In this document: piece by piece, positions 28,742-37,820 of the stretch
Layout of the letters: each line of letters begins with the position of its first letter
How positions within the stretch are numbered: position 1 is the stretch's first letter
From: Candidatus Poseidoniaceae archaeon
Lineage (GTDB): Archaea > Thermoplasmatota > Poseidoniia > Poseidoniales > Poseidoniaceae
DNA length: 60,920 nt
Direction: 5' to 3'
NCBI GenBank assembly: GCA_030750665.1
Contig: JASMHR010000001.1
Location: 1-60,920 of the forward strand
The notes under the pieces: generated by a model
The model's database searches: none
The model's input: only the letters and a program-made list of their open reading frames with translations
Told to the model about the DNA's origin: nothing
Position numbers and translations under genes: made by a program

Positions 28742-29779
28742 TCATCTCAACAAGGTGTTCTTGCTGGCGATGATGTTGAGTAGTATTTCCCCCATGTCTC
28801 GAGCATATGCGCACAGTCTTTTGATAGTTTCAGAGACTCTGAATTGGTAGAGGACAGATGTGGCACTGGCCCTCCCTCCCCAAAGTGAATCCTCATGTTC
28901 TGAGAGGTTGATCTGTGCTTCCTTCAAAGCCATTCTTGCATCGTGTATCTCATGAGGGTCTTCTGTTCTGATATTGATCATCAGGGCTTTGATCGATGAT
29001 TGCCATATCTCCAATTTGCTCAATGGCGCCTCATTAAAGTTCAATTTTGGTTTTCTTTCTGTAGAAGTGATCAATTGGGCGAATAATTGAGCATGGTCTC
29101 CCATTCTTTCGAATACACGGGCAAGATTCGCCATCTCGATCGCACTTCTTCTATCGGTCCCAAGTTCTGTAGCCACCTTGTGTGATTCCAGCAATGCCCC
29201 AACCTGTCTTTGAATGAGCAACTGCATTGCATCCATTTCACGTTCACGTTCCTCGACATCATCCAGTAGATCCTCACTTTCTCCGGAGAGGACATCGACA
29301 ATGTCGCGCATTATCGAGGTAAGTTGCAGATACATACGGTTCAGACTCGATTGAATTGGCATTTCACCGATATTGAGGATATTGAGCAACTCAACCATCT
29401 TCTCATTCTCATCCATTATCTCAAATCCAGTGGTGATGCGTAGGAAACGTTTGACTCTTGACCTCTGATCTCGAGTAAAACCATTTTTGGAAATAAGTTT
29501 GATTCGATTTGCTGAAGCGATATAGGCTGCAACCAGATGGTCAACGAGTGAAGCTACTGGAATATTGTCCACATTCAAGGTTATCTCTTTCCTCTGGGAC
29601 TTTTGTTCTTGAGACGGAGTTAAACGAAGTGCTCCGCTTGGACGCCAATCCATCTTGAGGCCATCTTTGGCCTTCATGGAATGGTGTGTTGCCCATTCTT
29701 TCGGGATACTGACAGTGAATGTTGCCCCACCGGTCATCTGTACTCTACGCGTGTGAATGCTTCCGGGGCCGGTTGCCAT
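28742..29779 (-). CDS. phoU: Archaeal phosphate-uptake regulator (AbrB-type DNA-binding domain plus PhoU domains)
   Basis: RRVQMTGG.TF.VSIPKEWA N-terminus and ERMGDHA PhoU motif; divergent from a PiT transporter. Confidence 0.88.
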   Translation of the reverse strand: MATGPGSIHTRRVQMTGGATFTVSIPKEWATHHSMKAKDGLKMDWRPSGALRLTPSQEQKSQRKEITLNVDNIPVASLVDHLVAAYIASANRIKLISKNGFTRDQRSRVKRFLRITTGFEIMDENEKMVELLNILNIGEMPIQSSLNRMYLQLTSIMRDIVDVLSGESEDLLDDVEEREREMDAMQLLIQRQVGALLESHKVATELGTDRRSAIEMANLARVFERMGDHAQLFAQLITSTERKPKLNFNEAPLSKLEIWQSSIKALMINIRTEDPHEIHDARMALKEAQINLSEHEDSLWGGRASATSVLYQFRVSETIKRLCAYARDMGEILLNIIASKNTLLR

Positions 29780-29789
29780 GAAACAACCA

Positions 29790-29835
29790 TTATACATATG
29801 AATATATATTTTACCTAGAATCTAGGTGATATACT
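29790..29835. promoter_or_regulatory. AT-rich divergent promoter containing the perfect inverted repeat ACCTAGA-A-TCTAGGT (29813-29827)
   Basis: Palindrome seen directly between phoU and the PiT gene; operator role is inferred. Confidence 0.55.
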
Positions 29836-29855
29836 GTTTGCGTTGTCACCGGTTC

Positions 29856-31943
29856 ATGTGGGAATTGGTAATCTTAGCATCTCTCGGGATTGCTGCATAC
29901 ATGGCTTGGAACATCGGTGCCAATGATGTGGCCAATGCAATGGGGACCAGCGTCGGCAGTGGTGCGCTGACTCTCAAGAGAGCGATAGTGGTTGCAGCCG
30001 TATTCGAGTTCTGCGGGGCGGTCTTTTTCGGTGGACACGTCACTGATACCATTCGCAAAGGAGTATTGGATTTCGGAGGACAGGATTTCAGCAGGGAATT
30101 GAGTCAGCAGTTGATGTATGGTTTCATGGCTGCTCTTCTCGCTGCAGCAATCTGGTTGACTGTCGCCACAAAGATGGGATTACCAGTTTCAACCACCCAC
30201 AGCATTGTTGGAGGAGTCATTGGAGTTGGGCTATTCATCCAACCTTCGTCGGTCAATTGGGGAAAAGTGATTGAGATTGTATTGAGTTGGATAATTTCTC
30301 CATTGCTCGGAGCGGTTCTGGCCTTCCTGTCTTTTTATGCTATCAAGAAATTGATCATGGAGCATGATGACCCTCTCAGGAGGACGAGGTCTCTCGCTCC
30401 TATTCTTGCATTTCCGACATTCGCAGTGCTAGGACTAGCCCTACAATTCAAGGCTTTGAAGGGCTTTTTCAAGAATCTGGATAGTAGAGGAATAATTGAT
30501 TCAGGAAAGTGGTTACCTGAAGCGGAGAATGGGACCTGGAATCCATTATCGGAGACTGCGTGGATACCTCTCAACAGCATATTGGTTGCCTGTTTCATAG
30601 GTATCATTGCCAGTCTTCTCATGGCTGCTGCACTGCGAAGATATGAGTTCAAGGAGGAAGGATACGCCGGCATGGAGAGAGTATTCATCTGGCTGCAGAT
30701 AATCACTGCGTGCTATGTTGCATTCGCTCATGGCGCTAATGATGTGGCAAATGCCATTGGTCCTATGGCTGCAATATGGGATATCTCCACTTCGCCAACC
30801 GGTACCTTGTCTCCGGACAAGGTCGAAGTGCCGATTGGGTTGCTACTTCTAGGGGGACTGGGTATCACTATTGGTGTCGCAACTTGGGGCTACAAGGTCA
30901 TGGATACCATCGGTAAGAAGATTACTCACATCACCCCATCTCGAGGTTTTGCTGCTGAATTCGGAGCTGCCACGACTGTACTTATCTTCTCCATGCCCTT
31001 CATTGCTGTACCGATATCCACGACCCACACCTTGGTAGGTGCTGTAGTTGGGGTTGGACTCGCAGGCGGTGCTTCAGCAGTTGATTTCAAGGTCTTCGCC
31101 AAGATTGCGGGTAGTTGGGTGGCCAGCCTTCCAGTTGCAGGAGTTGGCGCAATCATTCTTTACATCCTGTTCGCTGGTTCTTCAACCAATGTTGCTATCA
31201 TCCTCCCACTGGCGATATTGTCGGTCATATACGTGATGAAGAAAGAGGATGGGATGGTAGAGGATGAGGGCAAGATAGTCCAGATAGATACGCCAGTTGG
31301 AGAGGAAAGAGGAGGGCTATTGGACCTCTTCCATCAGCACGCAGCAGCGGTAGAAGATACAGTCAATCATATGCTGAATGCAGTTTCAATAGCAGTCTCT
31401 GGTAAGATTCCTGAGGACGAGATATTGGCGACACAAGAAGCAGAATTGAAGGCCGATGAATTGAAGGCGGCAATGAGAGATTCGTTGTCTGGCGTTAGAT
31501 TGGCATTCAGCCGTGAGACCTTCCTTCACATGATCACGCGCCAAGATAGAATTGCTGATTATGCTCAAAATGTCGCTGAACAACTGTCATTCCGAATCCT
31601 GTATCACAATGAAAAGGCGCGGAAACTGGTGGAAGAGCATGCAGAGCGCGTAGTTTCAACGGTAAGAAAGTATGAGGACACGGTTGAGATGTTGAAGAAT
31701 CTAGCATATTCGGGATTCTCAAAGAAGGAGCGATCAGCAGTTCTTGAGATGATCAAGGAAGTCAATCTTCTAGAGCATGAAGCAGATGAGGCTGAGCGCG
31801 AGGCGGCGGCATTCGTGTTCTCTAAGGGTGATGATGATCCATTGGGTGCGATGCACATGTACAGAGTATTGCAAAGACTCGATGATGTCGCTAATGCTGC
31901 TGAAAAGGCTGCCAATGCTTTCTTACCCATAGTTTCCGAGTAA
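29856..31943 (+). CDS. PiT-family inorganic phosphate transporter fused to a C-terminal DUF47 (PhoU-like) domain
   Basis: Two GANDVAN motifs, PVSTTHS, and TPSRGFAAE; C-terminal helical domain with E..AD, D.IAD.AQ, LEHEAD and LDDVANAAE. Confidence 0.9.
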   Translation: MWELVILASLGIAAYMAWNIGANDVANAMGTSVGSGALTLKRAIVVAAVFEFCGAVFFGGHVTDTIRKGVLDFGGQDFSRELSQQLMYGFMAALLAAAIWLTVATKMGLPVSTTHSIVGGVIGVGLFIQPSSVNWGKVIEIVLSWIISPLLGAVLAFLSFYAIKKLIMEHDDPLRRTRSLAPILAFPTFAVLGLALQFKALKGFFKNLDSRGIIDSGKWLPEAENGTWNPLSETAWIPLNSILVACFIGIIASLLMAAALRRYEFKEEGYAGMERVFIWLQIITACYVAFAHGANDVANAIGPMAAIWDISTSPTGTLSPDKVEVPIGLLLLGGLGITIGVATWGYKVMDTIGKKITHITPSRGFAAEFGAATTVLIFSMPFIAVPISTTHTLVGAVVGVGLAGGASAVDFKVFAKIAGSWVASLPVAGVGAIILYILFAGSSTNVAIILPLAILSVIYVMKKEDGMVEDEGKIVQIDTPVGEERGGLLDLFHQHAAAVEDTVNHMLNAVSIAVSGKIPEDEILATQEAELKADELKAAMRDSLSGVRLAFSRETFLHMITRQDRIADYAQNVAEQLSFRILYHNEKARKLVEEHAERVVSTVRKYEDTVEMLKNLAYSGFSKKERSAVLEMIKEVNLLEHEADEAEREAAAFVFSKGDDDPLGAMHMYRVLQRLDDVANAAEKAANAFLPIVSE

Positions 31944-32058
31944 GTATGTCCTAATACACTAAGTGTTGAAAATACACCGTAGTGTGTGTTTTTTCACTCG
32001 ATGATACATATAGGAGTGGAAGCACAATGTATACTGCCGGAAGGCGGGAAATGGTAGA

Positions 32059-32190
32059 ATGGACGATTATCTGGATACATTTGTACATGAATTAATGGAA
32101 AAACAGCAGTACCGCAACGGAATCTTTCCTAAGCGCAAGTCATTGAGAGAGATATTTCTCTCTTTGCGTAGGCGTCGCTTCAATGAGTGA
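32059..32190 (+). CDS. Possible 43-aa small protein overlapping the alkB start (MDDYLDTFVHELMEKQQYRNGIFPKRKSLREIFLSLRRRRFNE)
   Basis: Read manually; its stop codon overlaps the first codons of alkB; no family recognised. Confidence 0.35.
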   Translation: MDDYLDTFVHELMEKQQYRNGIFPKRKSLREIFLSLRRRRFNE

Positions 32191-33223
32191 ACTCCTTGTA
32201 TGGACAACCTCAGCGAGGTCTGTGAGACCTGAACCATGGGCTTTCCATCTGTTTGGATTGGTTACTCCCATCGTGATCATCATTTCCTTGCTTGAGGGCT
32301 CTTTCTGGATGATGACAGGAACCGTGCTTGTGCTTGGCTTATACCCACTTCTCGATATTCTGTTAAGTGAACGGCAGTCGCCAGCACCTTCTGCAGATGA
32401 TGGGCGGCCATACGAAGCCATTCTCATGATCCATGCTCTTGCCATACCAGTACTGGTAGCAGTTCTGCTCTGGCGTGCTCACCTTGATGGCCCTACCATG
32501 TGGATGGGCTGGGGAATATTCTCGGCAGGTATCGTTGGCGGAGCCTCAGGAATAATCACCGCCCATGAATTAGGGCATAGACGTCCTGGTTCATTCAAGT
32601 GGATGGTTGGCAGATTCACCATGTTCATGGTCAATTACAGCCATTTCACCATTGAGCATAATTACAATCACCACAAGGATGTGGCACTGCCCAGCGATGC
32701 TGCCAGCGCTCCTGCTTCTCGAGGATTATGGCTTCACATCGCAATGACGGTCCCGTGGCAGTTCATCTCCGCAGTCAAGGTCGATTTTTCGAAGCGCTCC
32801 ATTTGGGGCAATCGCGTTTTGCGCGGCCTTTTGCTACAGATATTAGCCATAATTGCACTTGGAATGTTGCTCAGTTGGTGGCTCGCATTGGTGTGGGTGT
32901 TGTTTGGTGCAACAGCAGTGATTCTGCTTGAATATGTGAATTACATCCGTCATTATGGTCTGCGGCGGAAGGATGATGAGAGGCAGACTGAGATGCACTC
33001 CTGGCAATCCGAGGCTCGCTGGAGCCGGTGGACCCTGTTGGAGTTGACTCGTCATCCAGCACACCACATGAAGGCTAGTCTTCCCTACTGGCAGTTGCAA
33101 CCATGCGAAGGCGTTCCTACGCTCCCTACAGGCTACTATGGGTGCTTCTGGCCGTGTACCATTCCTCCACTGTGGAAGCGCTGGATGAGAAGTCGGATAC
33201 CAGAGTCGATGCGTCAGACGTAG
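32183..33223 (+). CDS. alkB: Alkane 1-monooxygenase (AlkB-like membrane di-iron hydroxylase)
   Basis: His boxes HELGH, EHNYNHH, NYIRHYG (HYG motif) and RHPAHH; P.LP.GY motif; multiple TM helices. Confidence 0.82.
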   Translation: MSELLVWTTSARSVRPEPWAFHLFGLVTPIVIIISLLEGSFWMMTGTVLVLGLYPLLDILLSERQSPAPSADDGRPYEAILMIHALAIPVLVAVLLWRAHLDGPTMWMGWGIFSAGIVGGASGIITAHELGHRRPGSFKWMVGRFTMFMVNYSHFTIEHNYNHHKDVALPSDAASAPASRGLWLHIAMTVPWQFISAVKVDFSKRSIWGNRVLRGLLLQILAIIALGMLLSWWLALVWVLFGATAVILLEYVNYIRHYGLRRKDDERQTEMHSWQSEARWSRWTLLELTRHPAHHMKASLPYWQLQPCEGVPTLPTGYYGCFWPCTIPPLWKRWMRSRIPESMRQT

Positions 33224-33966
33224 CCTTTGCGAGGCCGTTCTTTCTCTTCATTTTCGGCATTATCTATTGGTTTTTCAAAATTAATGAAATTTTGGTATTT
33301 GTTGATCAAAGAGTCGCCTTTGAAGAATATCCAATATACGAATAATATGAAAAGCACTGTGGAAACAATTCTAATTTGAGGAAATAGTATCTGTTCGAAT
33401 TCTATTGGAGACATGAATTTTAGTCCTAGAAATTCGAATAATATCCACGAAAAAATTCCTTCGAATGTAAAAATCTCTGAAATCCCGTGTTCAGTCATTT
33501 TTTCACTAATTATAGGATGCAGTAAATCATCCCAAAGCCATGAAAATGGCCCTAAGGTGAATACAGCAGCTCTTGCCTTTTTCAGAATATCAAGTGCTTT
33601 GAGCGATGCTCGAAATTCCTTCCTCTCCTCAGATTTTGAAGTAATAATATGTTTTAGAGCCTTGTTAAGTTGCTTTCTTTGATTTCTAAGACCAAATAGA
33701 TACACGCCTAAGCCTCCCAATGCAGCTATCAAAATCACCGATTCTGCGGGATGTTCGGAGACTTGTTCATTTATCGAATCGAGTGAAAAATCAGGAATTT
33801 GTGAATCGATACTATCGGTTTGAGTTTGTGTGCTATTATTACTCGACAATGTAAATGCTACAATCTGATTTTCTTCAAGTTGATTTTCTCCAGGCGAATT
33901 GTAGAAATTTATTGACAAGAAAATGGCACATGCTGCAAAAACAACCGCGCACGATTTCCTAGTCAT
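33214..33966 (-). CDS. AT-rich hypothetical membrane protein
   Basis: 250-aa ORF with several hydrophobic helices and AT-rich codon usage. Confidence 0.65.
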   Translation of the reverse strand: MTRKSCAVVFAACAIFLSINFYNSPGENQLEENQIVAFTLSSNNSTQTQTDSIDSQIPDFSLDSINEQVSEHPAESVILIAALGGLGVYLFGLRNQRKQLNKALKHIITSKSEERKEFRASLKALDILKKARAAVFTLGPFSWLWDDLLHPIISEKMTEHGISEIFTFEGIFSWILFEFLGLKFMSPIEFEQILFPQIRIVSTVLFILFVYWIFFKGDSLINKYQNFINFEKPIDNAENEEKERPRKGYV

Positions 33967-33998
33967 GTGATAACCGATACTGTACTGGTTGAAGAGTC

Positions 33999-34361
33999 TT
34001 AGGCAGCCTTGACGCCATCAGGCCAAAGCACTAGAATCAGCGTTTGTCCCTTGGTTTTGGGAGTATGAGTGGAGCCGGGGTCCATCCAGACGATAGAACC
34101 GGGAGGATATGTTCCATCCTCATCGTATACCTCTCCTTCGAGAACGAGGTAGGTTTCACCTCCAGGGTGGCTATGTGGCATGAATGCTTCAATGTCCACA
34201 TCGGAGACCACGTCGTAGAGGACTAGACTGGTGTTACCTTCCTTGGCCAATTTACCAAGCCGTACTCCAGTACCGAAGTCTCGCCATTTGACGTTCTCTT
34301 CGATCCACTCGCGGTCAATACTCCAACTAAGCCATGCAGACAGGTCTTTGCAGAAAGGCAT
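33999..34361 (-). CDS. Cupin-domain protein (ChrR-like)
   Basis: PHSHPGGETYLVLEG..D..G.YP.G......GS.H.P cupin motif. Confidence 0.85.
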   Translation of the reverse strand: MPFCKDLSAWLSWSIDREWIEENVKWRDFGTGVRLGKLAKEGNTSLVLYDVVSDVDIEAFMPHSHPGGETYLVLEGEVYDEDGTYPPGSIVWMDPGSTHTPKTKGQTLILVLWPDGVKAA

Positions 34362-34440
34362 GCCACTCCCATGAACAGTGGGCACATGAGGTCTTTGTTC
34401 GGCCACATCCCTCAAGTAGTGGGTACTCACCCCCCTATGT

Positions 34441-34791
34441 ATGGAGAAGATTCGGAAGCGTCGAGACCTTCCGGTAACCTTGTATCGAGTACTTCTCTAT
34501 CTCAGCAGAAAGGCTACGGCTGAATCCGATACTCGTCGGATAATGCGTATTGAAAGGGCGGTTGGTGTCGAGCGAAAGGAATTGAAGATACATCTGGAAT
34601 CTTTAGCAATAAAGGAGTACATAGAGCCTGTAGAGTCACCTGGTAAAGGGCGTGGTGGCCATCCGATAATGCATTATGACCTGACTGAGACGGGCCGTGT
34701 TCTACGTCAGGACATCGGCCGATTCATCCAGCATGGGATCGATATGGGATATTATCCTGAAGAATATTTCTACTTACCATCTGATGCCTGA
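34441..34791 (+). CDS. Small winged-helix DNA-binding protein
   Basis: IMRIERAVGVERKELKIHLESL...YI and Y.LTETGR winged-helix pattern. Confidence 0.7.
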   Translation: MEKIRKRRDLPVTLYRVLLYLSRKATAESDTRRIMRIERAVGVERKELKIHLESLAIKEYIEPVESPGKGRGGHPIMHYDLTETGRVLRQDIGRFIQHGIDMGYYPEEYFYLPSDA

Positions 34792-34860
34792 TTTAGCGGG
34801 GGATTCAACCCGGTAAAAACACCATCCGTTCTTTATGTCTGACAGCCCCATCCGGTAATC

Positions 34861-35148
34861 ATGTCCGGCAAGAAATCGGTAGACAAGGTGGCAAAGGGAT
34901 TGGGTTCCCTCATCGATGACTTCACCGCTGCTGTCAAGGAGATAGTGAATGCGGGTGAAGAGACGGTTGTTCACCTGGCTGTCGGTTCAGGTCGTGCAAT
35001 AACTGCGGTGATCAATGCTGCAGGCGAGGTGACCAAGGTAGGCGTGGAAACGGTCAGCAATGTAGCTGGCTCCGTGGCTGGTGGAGTGACCAAGGCGATT
35101 GGGCTGGATAAGAATAAGGAAGAAAATGAAGAAAATAAGGAGGAATGA
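34861..35148 (+). CDS. Small amphipathic A/G/V-rich helical protein
   Basis: 95 aa; TATA-like CTTTATGT about 29 nt upstream; quasi-repeating amphipathic pattern; acidic tail. Confidence 0.75.
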   Translation: MSGKKSVDKVAKGLGSLIDDFTAAVKEIVNAGEETVVHLAVGSGRAITAVINAAGEVTKVGVETVSNVAGSVAGGVTKAIGLDKNKEENEENKEE

Positions 35149-35151
35149 AGA

Positions 35152-35331
35152 ATGCAAGCATGGAATTGGATGAAAGGAAAGTATAATGATATCATTTGGC
35201 CTACTTTTGTGATTGGAGCAGGAGTTGGAACATTATTGTACGGAGTGAAGAAATTCACAAACGTACTAGATCGTATTTACGAGATTGATGTACACGATGA
35301 TGGTGAGATAAATATTGAGGGTGGTGAGTGA
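35152..35331 (+). CDS. 59-aa single-TM peptide (MQAWNWMKGKYNDIIWPTFVIGAGVGTLLYGVKKF...EGGE), absent from the ORF track
   Basis: Read manually; GGAGG-like SD (aaggagg) upstream; starts 3 nt after the previous stop. Confidence 0.7.
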   Translation: MQAWNWMKGKYNDIIWPTFVIGAGVGTLLYGVKKFTNVLDRIYEIDVHDDGEINIEGGE

Positions 35332-35511
35332 ATGAAGATGTTGAATAGTTTCCAAGGTGGAATCAAGAAATTATCAGGTAGAATGTTGGATTGGGGTATC
35401 AGTGGAATAGCCTTTGGAGCGGGATACAAATTTGGTAATTCGATGGCGAAGAGAATAGATTCTGGAATTTCCAATGGAATTCGTTCGGCTATAATGCCAA
35501 AGGAAGAGTGA
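35332..35511 (+). CDS. 59-aa Gly-rich cationic peptide (MKMLNSFQGGIKKLSGRMLDWGISGIAFGAGYKFG...PKEE), absent from the ORF track
   Basis: Read manually; SD-like gagggtggtga; ATG directly follows the previous TGA; its stop overlaps the next GTG (GTGA). Confidence 0.7.
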   Translation: MKMLNSFQGGIKKLSGRMLDWGISGIAFGAGYKFGNSMAKRIDSGISNGIRSAIMPKEE

Positions 35512-35705
35512 GCGTGATGATTGGAAAGGCGATATTTCCATTCGCTCTAGGTTTCGTGCTTGGTGGACTGATAGTATCTGTCATCGATGGCAACCGGAGG
35601 CCTCCGCCTCCAGGTCCATGGTACGGATACATCCATGATGTCGACGGGACCTTCATTGATGATTCAGAATCAAGTACTTTCATCGATGATCCAGAGCTGC
35701 AGTGA
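35508..35705 (+). CDS. 65-aa peptide: N-terminal TM helix, Pro-rich linker, acidic TFIDD repeat
   Basis: FPFALGFVLGGLIVSVI TM helix, RRPPPPGPW linker and two copies of TFIDD; coupled to the upstream ORF. Confidence 0.65.
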   Translation: MSVMIGKAIFPFALGFVLGGLIVSVIDGNRRPPPPGPWYGYIHDVDGTFIDDSESSTFIDDPELQ

Positions 35706-35739
35706 ACCCGAAAGGGTATGAGTAGGACTGCCCCTGTCG

Positions 35740-36510
35740 ATGAACATGGAACTAATGTTTCCTGACTTTCCGCCGGTCGGACCGTGGCAGGCGTATGTCT
35801 GGTACATCGCTTTCTTGCCATTTCTGTTTAGATTGATATTGGTGACCAAGCCATTGTTCGGGGTGGTCAAGGTTCTGGCACCTCACGGTGGTTGGGCGAT
35901 CAAACAATTCAGGGAATTGCCAATCAAAGGAGTGGGGTTACTTGTATTCAATGAGGTATTGGCCTTCTGCCTGCCGCCTTTGTTAGTCATCATCGTGCGA
36001 TTGATGGTCGACCCATTGGGTTGGCAGGCTTGGTCGGATGTCAACGCTACAGGCCTGGTTCTGTTATTGTCTGCATTCTTGGTCTGGGTTTATTTTGATT
36101 TATTGCGTGTTTTCAGAGTTCGCAGGATGATGCAGGCGGTACTGGAACAGGATATTGAGAAACTTCGCAAGCGTGCAGGACTTGCACTTGGTGCAAGGAC
36201 TTGGCTCAAACGTGTTGGCCGTGGAGAAGGTGAGAAGAACAAGCCTCTTGCCAAGGCCGCAATTGAGGGTGCGGTTGGTGGAAAAGCCGTCAACAAGGGT
36301 ATGTTTGGAGCGGCTGCTGGTGTAGCGGTGGAGGCGGTTCGGCGAGGAGCGACCGCACTGGTCGAAAAGGTGGACGACGTCATCGTAGAACGTTTCGAGA
36401 AAGCGGTTTTTGAATACAATCAGAATCTCATAATGATTCTATTGCGAGACATTGCAATGTCTGCTGGCCCTCTGTTGATACTGACATTGATTCCCAGTCT
36501 TGTCGGATAG
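35740..36510 (+). CDS. Hypothetical multi-pass membrane protein
   Basis: 256 aa with about four TM helices and a basic amphipathic cytoplasmic segment. Confidence 0.75.
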   Translation: MNMELMFPDFPPVGPWQAYVWYIAFLPFLFRLILVTKPLFGVVKVLAPHGGWAIKQFRELPIKGVGLLVFNEVLAFCLPPLLVIIVRLMVDPLGWQAWSDVNATGLVLLLSAFLVWVYFDLLRVFRVRRMMQAVLEQDIEKLRKRAGLALGARTWLKRVGRGEGEKNKPLAKAAIEGAVGGKAVNKGMFGAAAGVAVEAVRRGATALVEKVDDVIVERFEKAVFEYNQNLIMILLRDIAMSAGPLLILTLIPSLVG

Positions 36511-36553
36511 GACTAGACAGGCATATTGATGAGCGGTCGGCGGGGCGGCGCAG

Positions 36554-37249
36554 ATGAGAGAGATGCCCCACCTCATCCTCATGCGCCACTGCCAATCTGC
36601 TTGGAATGCCCTCAATCTATTCACCGGATGGGTGGATGTCCCTTTATCCAAAAAGGGGATTGATGATGCTATCAAAGCAGGACAAGATATTGCGGATTTA
36701 CAGATTGATGAGATACACACCTCATTGCTGATACGCGCTCAAATGACTGCAATGATCGTCGTTGCCCAGAATTCGAGTGGCGTGGTTCCAGTGTTCAAAC
36801 ACGATTCTGAGAGTGGGGATGAGAATCAAAGAAAGATGAATGAATTGGCATACATCCATGGTGAGCCTGAAAATGTGATTCCAGTGTATATCTCATGGCG
36901 CCTCAATGAGCGTATGTATGGAGACCTTCAGGGCCAGAATAAGACTGCTATTCTAGAAGAATATGGCGCTGAACAAGTACACATCTGGCGCCGTTCATTC
37001 GACGTCACTCCTCCAAATGGAGAAAGTTTGGAATTAGTTGCAGGACGTACGATTCCTTATCTTGAGGAAACTATCTTTCCAGCACTTGAGTCTGGCAAAA
37101 ACGTATTCATTACAGCACACGGAAATTCATTGCGTAGTATCATCATGTATCTTGAGGGCTTGTCCATTGAGGAAGTGAAAGGGCTCGAAGTTCCAATCGG
37201 TGAGCCTATCATTTTTGACAAGGTGAATGGAAAATATACACGGCGGTGA
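36554..37249 (+). CDS. gpmA: 2,3-bisphosphoglycerate-dependent phosphoglycerate mutase
   Basis: RH(C)QS.WN..N.FTGW.DV.LS, LNER.YG.LQG.NK, WRRS, GESL and AHGNSLR motifs. Confidence 0.93.
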   Translation: MREMPHLILMRHCQSAWNALNLFTGWVDVPLSKKGIDDAIKAGQDIADLQIDEIHTSLLIRAQMTAMIVVAQNSSGVVPVFKHDSESGDENQRKMNELAYIHGEPENVIPVYISWRLNERMYGDLQGQNKTAILEEYGAEQVHIWRRSFDVTPPNGESLELVAGRTIPYLEETIFPALESGKNVFITAHGNSLRSIIMYLEGLSIEEVKGLEVPIGEPIIFDKVNGKYTRR

Positions 37250-37793
37250 AGGGGTGTCCGAAGGTTCCATCGTCGGACGATGGAAACAATTGCCTCCCAA
37301 GATGAAATGGCCATCAGGAATTGTTGCAGGGTGGCTGATTCTGATATTGTTGATTCAGGTAGCCAATTCGATGACTGCCATTTCAAGTATGCCTGCCGAA
37401 TGTCCAGAGGACAGCATGAATTGTGTGCGCATTGCTCATGATGGAACATCATTCCACTCTGATGGCTTGGAACCGTTGGCGTTCAATGCCTCGAAGGAAG
37501 AAGTGGTTTCAGTCGTCGAGAATTGGTTTGAGGATCGTTGGTTCGCTTCAGTGCTTTCAGTCGAGGATGAAGGTACTTCGACAGTGATCCATGGTGTTGA
37601 CCACACTGAATTCTGGTTCTTCGCTGACGATGTCTTTGCTGAAGTCTCCTGCGTTGATGGTATTGCTGAATTGAATCTGCACAGTCAGTCACGTCTGGGT
37701 GTGGGAGATATGGGGGAGAACCGCCGTCGAATGACTGAGTTCATCAGCGACCTTTCTTCTGAGGAATGGTCGAACGAACCCTGCGAAGGATGA
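37227..37793 (+). CDS. DUF1499-like membrane-anchored protein
   Basis: TM helix, CP....NCV, T..W.F.DD and S.SRLG.GD.G.NR.R motifs. Confidence 0.75.
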   Translation: MENIHGGEGVSEGSIVGRWKQLPPKMKWPSGIVAGWLILILLIQVANSMTAISSMPAECPEDSMNCVRIAHDGTSFHSDGLEPLAFNASKEEVVSVVENWFEDRWFASVLSVEDEGTSTVIHGVDHTEFWFFADDVFAEVSCVDGIAELNLHSQSRLGVGDMGENRRRMTEFISDLSSEEWSNEPCEG

Positions 37794-37820
37794 TGAGCGA
37801 GTTCCATTCATCTTCTCTCA

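Noticed and set aside
33214..36510. Provirus or integrative element
   Set aside because: No integrase, terminase, capsid, replication gene, tRNA target or att repeats are visible.
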